DNA of 31,830 nucleotides from Rhodoferax sp. (GTDB lineage Bacteria; Pseudomonadota; Gammaproteobacteria; Burkholderiales; Burkholderiaceae_C): NCBI GenBank assembly GCA_031380235.1, contig JANNFW010000526.1, positions 1 to 31,830 of the forward strand, read 5' to 3'. Shown piece by piece: positions 28,290 to 31,830 of this stretch (position 1 is its first letter; each line of letters starts with the position of its first letter). The notes under the pieces were generated by a model. It saw only the letters and a program-made list of their open reading frames with translations, ran no database searches and was not told where the DNA came from. The position numbers and the translations under genes were made by a program.

Positions 28290-29327
28290 CTATGGCCCCT
28301 CACCAGGAATCAGCACATCGACAGCGTGTTTGTGGCGTTTTTGTTGGCCTGCCCAAGATGTCCAGCCCAAACGAGAGTCAATGCCCAGACGCGTCACCGG
28401 CACTTCGCTGTCCTGCACGGTCAGCAAGGCATCCCAATAATATTCATGCCCCAAAAGCTGCTGCATCCAACGTTGTAGCACAGCGCGGGCCGAACCGCCT
28501 GGCAAAAACAGCCGGTATTGCGCCAGAGTGAGCGGCCCTAAATGCACGCGCACCCGGTGCTGTCTGTCCCACACCCGTGTGCCCAGCATGGCGCCTTGGC
28601 CCAGCGCGCGGGCTGCAATGCCTTGGCCTAACCGGGTGGCATCGCCCGCAGCTAGCTGTATCCAGTGGCCCACCCATTGCTCCAGTTTGACCGGAATCCC
28701 GAAATAGGTGCCCAGCACCGCCTGCACACTGTCTGCGCTGCGCACTTGGCGCGCGAGCCAGCCGCTGAAATGCAGGCGGGCGTCATCATTGATCGGGTCA
28801 CGGTTTTGGCGTGCCGACGTGCCAATCCCGACAAAGGCACCGGCATATCGCCGAAAGCTGTCTTCATCAGGACGGTCCAATGCCACGGCCGGGCGCACCT
28901 GAGCCCACGCGCGGTAGAAATGCAACGCAAAGCGGTGCGTGAACATGTCCAGAAACCCGAGCCAGGTCCGGTCGCCATGGTTCAGCGCCCGTTCCTGGAT
29001 AAAGTCGCTCAAATGCACGGGCAACGGTCCGTTGGGTCCGATGTAGCCAATGAACTGCTGGCGCAACCTGGGTGGCGAGTGGGCAGTGGCGTCTTCAATC
29101 CGGCTGAAAGTGGCGGGTGCAAAAGCCAGTGAAGGCTCTTGTCCAACTCTTACCGCCTCAGCGCTGGGCAGCAGGGCGCGGCCCCAGCGGGGCAGGGGTT
29201 GGGCGCTGGCCTCAAGGCGGCGCATGACGGAGAAGTAATCGTATTTCCACGGGCTGTCCCCGAACTGCTGCAAGATGGCGTGCACCCGTTGCGGCACTGA
29301 CTCTAAAGGATGGGCCGCGTCCCGCAT
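28290..29327 (-). CDS. tssG: T6SS baseplate TssG
   Basis: YDYFSVMRRLE, VRVGQEPSLAFAP, GYIGPNGPLP.HL, FLDMFTHRF..HFYRAWAQ motifs; lies between tssF and clpV. Confidence 0.95.
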   Translation of the reverse strand: MRDAAHPLESVPQRVHAILQQFGDSPWKYDYFSVMRRLEASAQPLPRWGRALLPSAEAVRVGQEPSLAFAPATFSRIEDATAHSPPRLRQQFIGYIGPNGPLPVHLSDFIQERALNHGDRTWLGFLDMFTHRFALHFYRAWAQVRPAVALDRPDEDSFRRYAGAFVGIGTSARQNRDPINDDARLHFSGWLARQVRSADSVQAVLGTYFGIPVKLEQWVGHWIQLAAGDATRLGQGIAARALGQGAMLGTRVWDRQHRVRVHLGPLTLAQYRLFLPGGSARAVLQRWMQQLLGHEYYWDALLTVQDSEVPVTRLGIDSRLGWTSWAGQQKRHKHAVDVLIPGEGP

Positions 29328-31195
29328 TGCGGCTCCCAGCGCATGTTCTCACCCTTGCCAGAGAAGGTTAAAACAGTCTCGACAAAATGGTTGACGTTGA
29401 CGTGACGGCTCAAAAATTGCGCCATGACCGCACCAAACGCAAAGCTGCTGTGGCCGTGAAACGCCATTTTCTCCACCTCCAGCGTCACCTCCAGCCCACG
29501 GCCAAACGCAATCGGCCCTGCCATAGGCAAGCGACGGGCTACCGGCTTGGTGCGCACGGTCAGCAGCCCCGCCACCTGGGTTTGACGTGACTCATCAGCG
29601 TGCATTGCGTAGAGCGTGAGCATCTCGCGCAACGCGGCTGCCGCCTGTGTGCCGTTGCCTTCGGAGAGTGACAAATAATTGAGCGCCAGATGATCGATCA
29701 CCTTCCATCCCAGGCCCTGGTTCACCACGGGCGACACCGGGCGCGACGGCCCGCGCACCACGGTCACCTTGCGCACCGGGTACGAGTCGATGCAGTCAAA
29801 ATCGTTGCCGCGCCCCAGCGGCATCAGCAGGGGCAAGTCGCGGTTGGTGCACAGGGCGGTTACTGCCAACTGGCGCAGTGAGGACGAATACGGCGCCTCT
29901 TGCGGGTCCACCAGCTGCACGAACACCTCGGAGCCGATATGGCTGCTGCGGTTGCCCTGGGTGCGCTGCTTGAGCGACTGCAGGCGGGGCTCGCGTGTGG
30001 TGGTGAAGTAAGCCGGATGCGCGTGGCGGCTGCCGTGAAAGGCCGAGTAAAAAGGCAAAAAGGGCTGCTCGGGCGCGGCCCCGTTGGCCTCCGACTTGCC
30101 GTGGCCCACCACCTCAATCACGGAGTGCACCTCAAAATCCTGCGGCTTGGTGCGGTCCGGCACCAGGTGAAACTGGCTGACCCCATCGCTCACGGGCACC
30201 CGGTCAAGCCGTTTGGTAAAAAGATTGATGGCGGGCACGCAATGCAGTTGCACGTTGTCGGCGCTGACCAGCTTCTCCAGCGCCGCATCGCCACGTGAGA
30301 ACAGCACGGTAATTTCCACCTCGGCCACCGCCATGGTGGACAGCGTCGCACGCAGTTTTTGAATCTTGGCAAACTGAAGGCGCTGCGCAAACGCAAAGTA
30401 CTCTTGCACCAGCCGGTAACCCGCAAAGCCAGTGGCGGTGACGGGCAGCAGGGCTTGGTCGTCATCAAACCCGACAGCTTGCACCACGTTGGGCGGCAGT
30501 GTGACCATGCGCCCGGGCAGCAGCCCGCCCGGCCCCATGGGTTGCACCAGCACGCCCAGCGGTTTGCCCAGCACGCATTCGTGCAGCTGCCAAGCAACGT
30601 CGTCAGCGCCGCCGAAGTGGATGACCAATTCGTCCAGCGCAATCTGGTCAAACGTCAAGCCTGCGGTTGCCTGCAAAACAAACCGCAGGCCGCCACGGAT
30701 GTCGCGCGAGCGGGGGTGCAGGTGCAGGTTGAGGTCAGGTGCGTAGCTGAAGTACTGAGCCCGCTTGACTTCCAGCGGCCAGAGCCGCAGGGCCTGCGAA
30801 GTGCGGAATTCACAGTAGGTGCTTTGCCCGGCAGTCTGGCGCGCTCGCAGGCCGCTGCCTCGCTTCATGGTGGGTCCGGTAGCGAGTGCGCCATCTTCCA
30901 GGTCGGGCATGCAGGATGCAACCACCATGGACGGTGTTGGCGCAAGGTAGTGTGGATAAACCACGTCCAGCAGGTGACCGGTAAAGCGGGGAAACTCGGC
31001 ATCCAGCTTAAGCCCCACGCGGGCCGACAAAAAAGCGGTGGCTTCAATCAGGCGCTCGACATAGGGGTCGGCAACCTCATGGCCGTCCAGGCCCAGGCGG
31101 CTTGCAATTTTAGGAAATGCGTGTGCAAACTCTACTGATGATTCACGAAAATAACGCAGCTCTGATTCATACAGGTTGAGCAGTCTGGGATCCAT
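29303..31195 (-). CDS. tssF: T6SS baseplate TssF
   Basis: MDPRLLNLYESELRYFRE...EFA..FPKIA.RL, DPYVERLIE, LVQEYFAFAQR, LHCVPAINLF, LCTNRDLP motifs. Confidence 0.97.
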   Translation of the reverse strand: MDPRLLNLYESELRYFRESSVEFAHAFPKIASRLGLDGHEVADPYVERLIEATAFLSARVGLKLDAEFPRFTGHLLDVVYPHYLAPTPSMVVASCMPDLEDGALATGPTMKRGSGLRARQTAGQSTYCEFRTSQALRLWPLEVKRAQYFSYAPDLNLHLHPRSRDIRGGLRFVLQATAGLTFDQIALDELVIHFGGADDVAWQLHECVLGKPLGVLVQPMGPGGLLPGRMVTLPPNVVQAVGFDDDQALLPVTATGFAGYRLVQEYFAFAQRLQFAKIQKLRATLSTMAVAEVEITVLFSRGDAALEKLVSADNVQLHCVPAINLFTKRLDRVPVSDGVSQFHLVPDRTKPQDFEVHSVIEVVGHGKSEANGAAPEQPFLPFYSAFHGSRHAHPAYFTTTREPRLQSLKQRTQGNRSSHIGSEVFVQLVDPQEAPYSSSLRQLAVTALCTNRDLPLLMPLGRGNDFDCIDSYPVRKVTVVRGPSRPVSPVVNQGLGWKVIDHLALNYLSLSEGNGTQAAAALREMLTLYAMHADESRQTQVAGLLTVRTKPVARRLPMAGPIAFGRGLEVTLEVEKMAFHGHSSFAFGAVMAQFLSRHVNVNHFVETVLTFSGKGENMRWEPQCGTRPIL

Positions 31196-31223
31196 AACGC
31201 ATTATTCATGTTTTGGAAACGGG

Positions 31224-31727
31224 TCAGATCTTTTCTTCCACCAGAAACCGGCCTTCTTCAAGGTCGATGCGGGTGCGCAACAGAAACTCCAGCGGCACCG
31301 GTTGCGCCCACAGCATGCCACGAATCGTCAAGCCCGCCTGATTATGCGAATCCATAGCATAACCGTCCAACACCACTTCCACCTCCAGTGTGCGCGGTAA
31401 TATGCGAGGCTCAAAATTGACGATTGCCTGGCGCAGCGTCTGCTCCATGCTGGCGCGCTGCATTGACGATGCAAACTGCCCCGACATAGTGGGCACGCCA
31501 AAATTGAGTACCGAGCGGTAGGCGTTTGGAAACTGCTTCTCGTCCATGGGCGAACCATGGCCGGTGGCATTGAGCAGCCAGCTCAAGTCGCGCAGCACCG
31601 CCTGGCGCAGCGCCTGCTTGGTCAGGGTGCGTTTGTCGTCTGTCTCATGCGTCATCGTCGGATCGTCATCGATCAACCGATCTAACAGCGAGGGCTGGAG
31701 TCTTTCTTGCGATTTCAATTCGGCCAT
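31224..31727 (-). CDS. tssE: T6SS baseplate TssE (gp25-like)
   Basis: ERLQPSLLDRL.DD.P, VLRDLSWLLN, SVLNFGVP, IVNFEPRI motifs. Confidence 0.95.
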   Translation of the reverse strand: MAELKSQERLQPSLLDRLIDDDPTMTHETDDKRTLTKQALRQAVLRDLSWLLNATGHGSPMDEKQFPNAYRSVLNFGVPTMSGQFASSMQRASMEQTLRQAIVNFEPRILPRTLEVEVVLDGYAMDSHNQAGLTIRGMLWAQPVPLEFLLRTRIDLEEGRFLVEEKI

Positions 31728-31738
31728 TGGCGTGCAGT

Positions 31739-31830
31739 CTATCCTGCGGCGGCACTGAACGTGATTTCCCGGACGTCCATCAGTGCGTGGTCGCCTGATT
31801 CGCTGGTCAACACGCGCTGGCCCTGGCCAA
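31739..31830 (-). CDS. tagJ: C-terminal fragment of T6SS accessory TagJ (ImpE/SciE family); truncated by the right edge
   Basis: Hand translation gives ...GQGQRVLTSESGDHALMDVREITFSAAAG*, resembling the ImpE C-terminus (G.GQR....D.G...L.D.R.I.F); tagJ commonly precedes tssE. Confidence 0.75.
   Translation of the reverse strand, partial: GQGQRVLTSESGDHALMDVREITFSAAAG

Overview
This window comes from a GC-rich betaproteobacterium; gene content and style suggest Comamonadaceae (inference). The left ~7 kb is housekeeping: a truncated Bug/TctC solute-binding protein, corA, hemB, hemJ, a VanZ-like membrane protein, a thioredoxin-fold [2Fe-2S] ferredoxin and a D-Ala-D-Ala carboxypeptidase. From 7125 to the right edge lies a type VI secretion system (T6SS) in two convergent arms. 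The plus arm is tssA-tssB-tssC-hcp. The minus arm is tagJ(partial)-tssE-tssF-tssG-clpV-vgrG-[DUF2169+pentapeptide]-[pentapeptide]-DUF3540-DUF4150, then fha-pppA-[outer-membrane beta-barrel]-[exported TPR-CHAT protease]. The membrane-complex genes (tssJKLM) and a ppkA kinase are not in the window and may lie beyond the right edge. Most notable observations: (1) a signal-peptide-bearing beta-barrel plus caspase-like TPR-CHAT protease pair directly behind the T6SS phospho-regulation genes; (2) a VgrG with a hydrophobic C-terminal extension, followed by a Burkholderia T6SS-5-like tagAB-tagB-tagC-tagD module with no recognisable toxin or immunity gene; (3) a short intergenic-type repeat inserted in frame into clpV, with a second copy near 1168-1210; (4) a candidate ~100-nt sRNA with its own promoter and terminator, followed by a 141-bp MITE-like element, between hemB and hemJ. 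No tRNA, rRNA, CRISPR array, integrase or transposase was seen. All family assignments come from motif recognition by eye, not from database searches.
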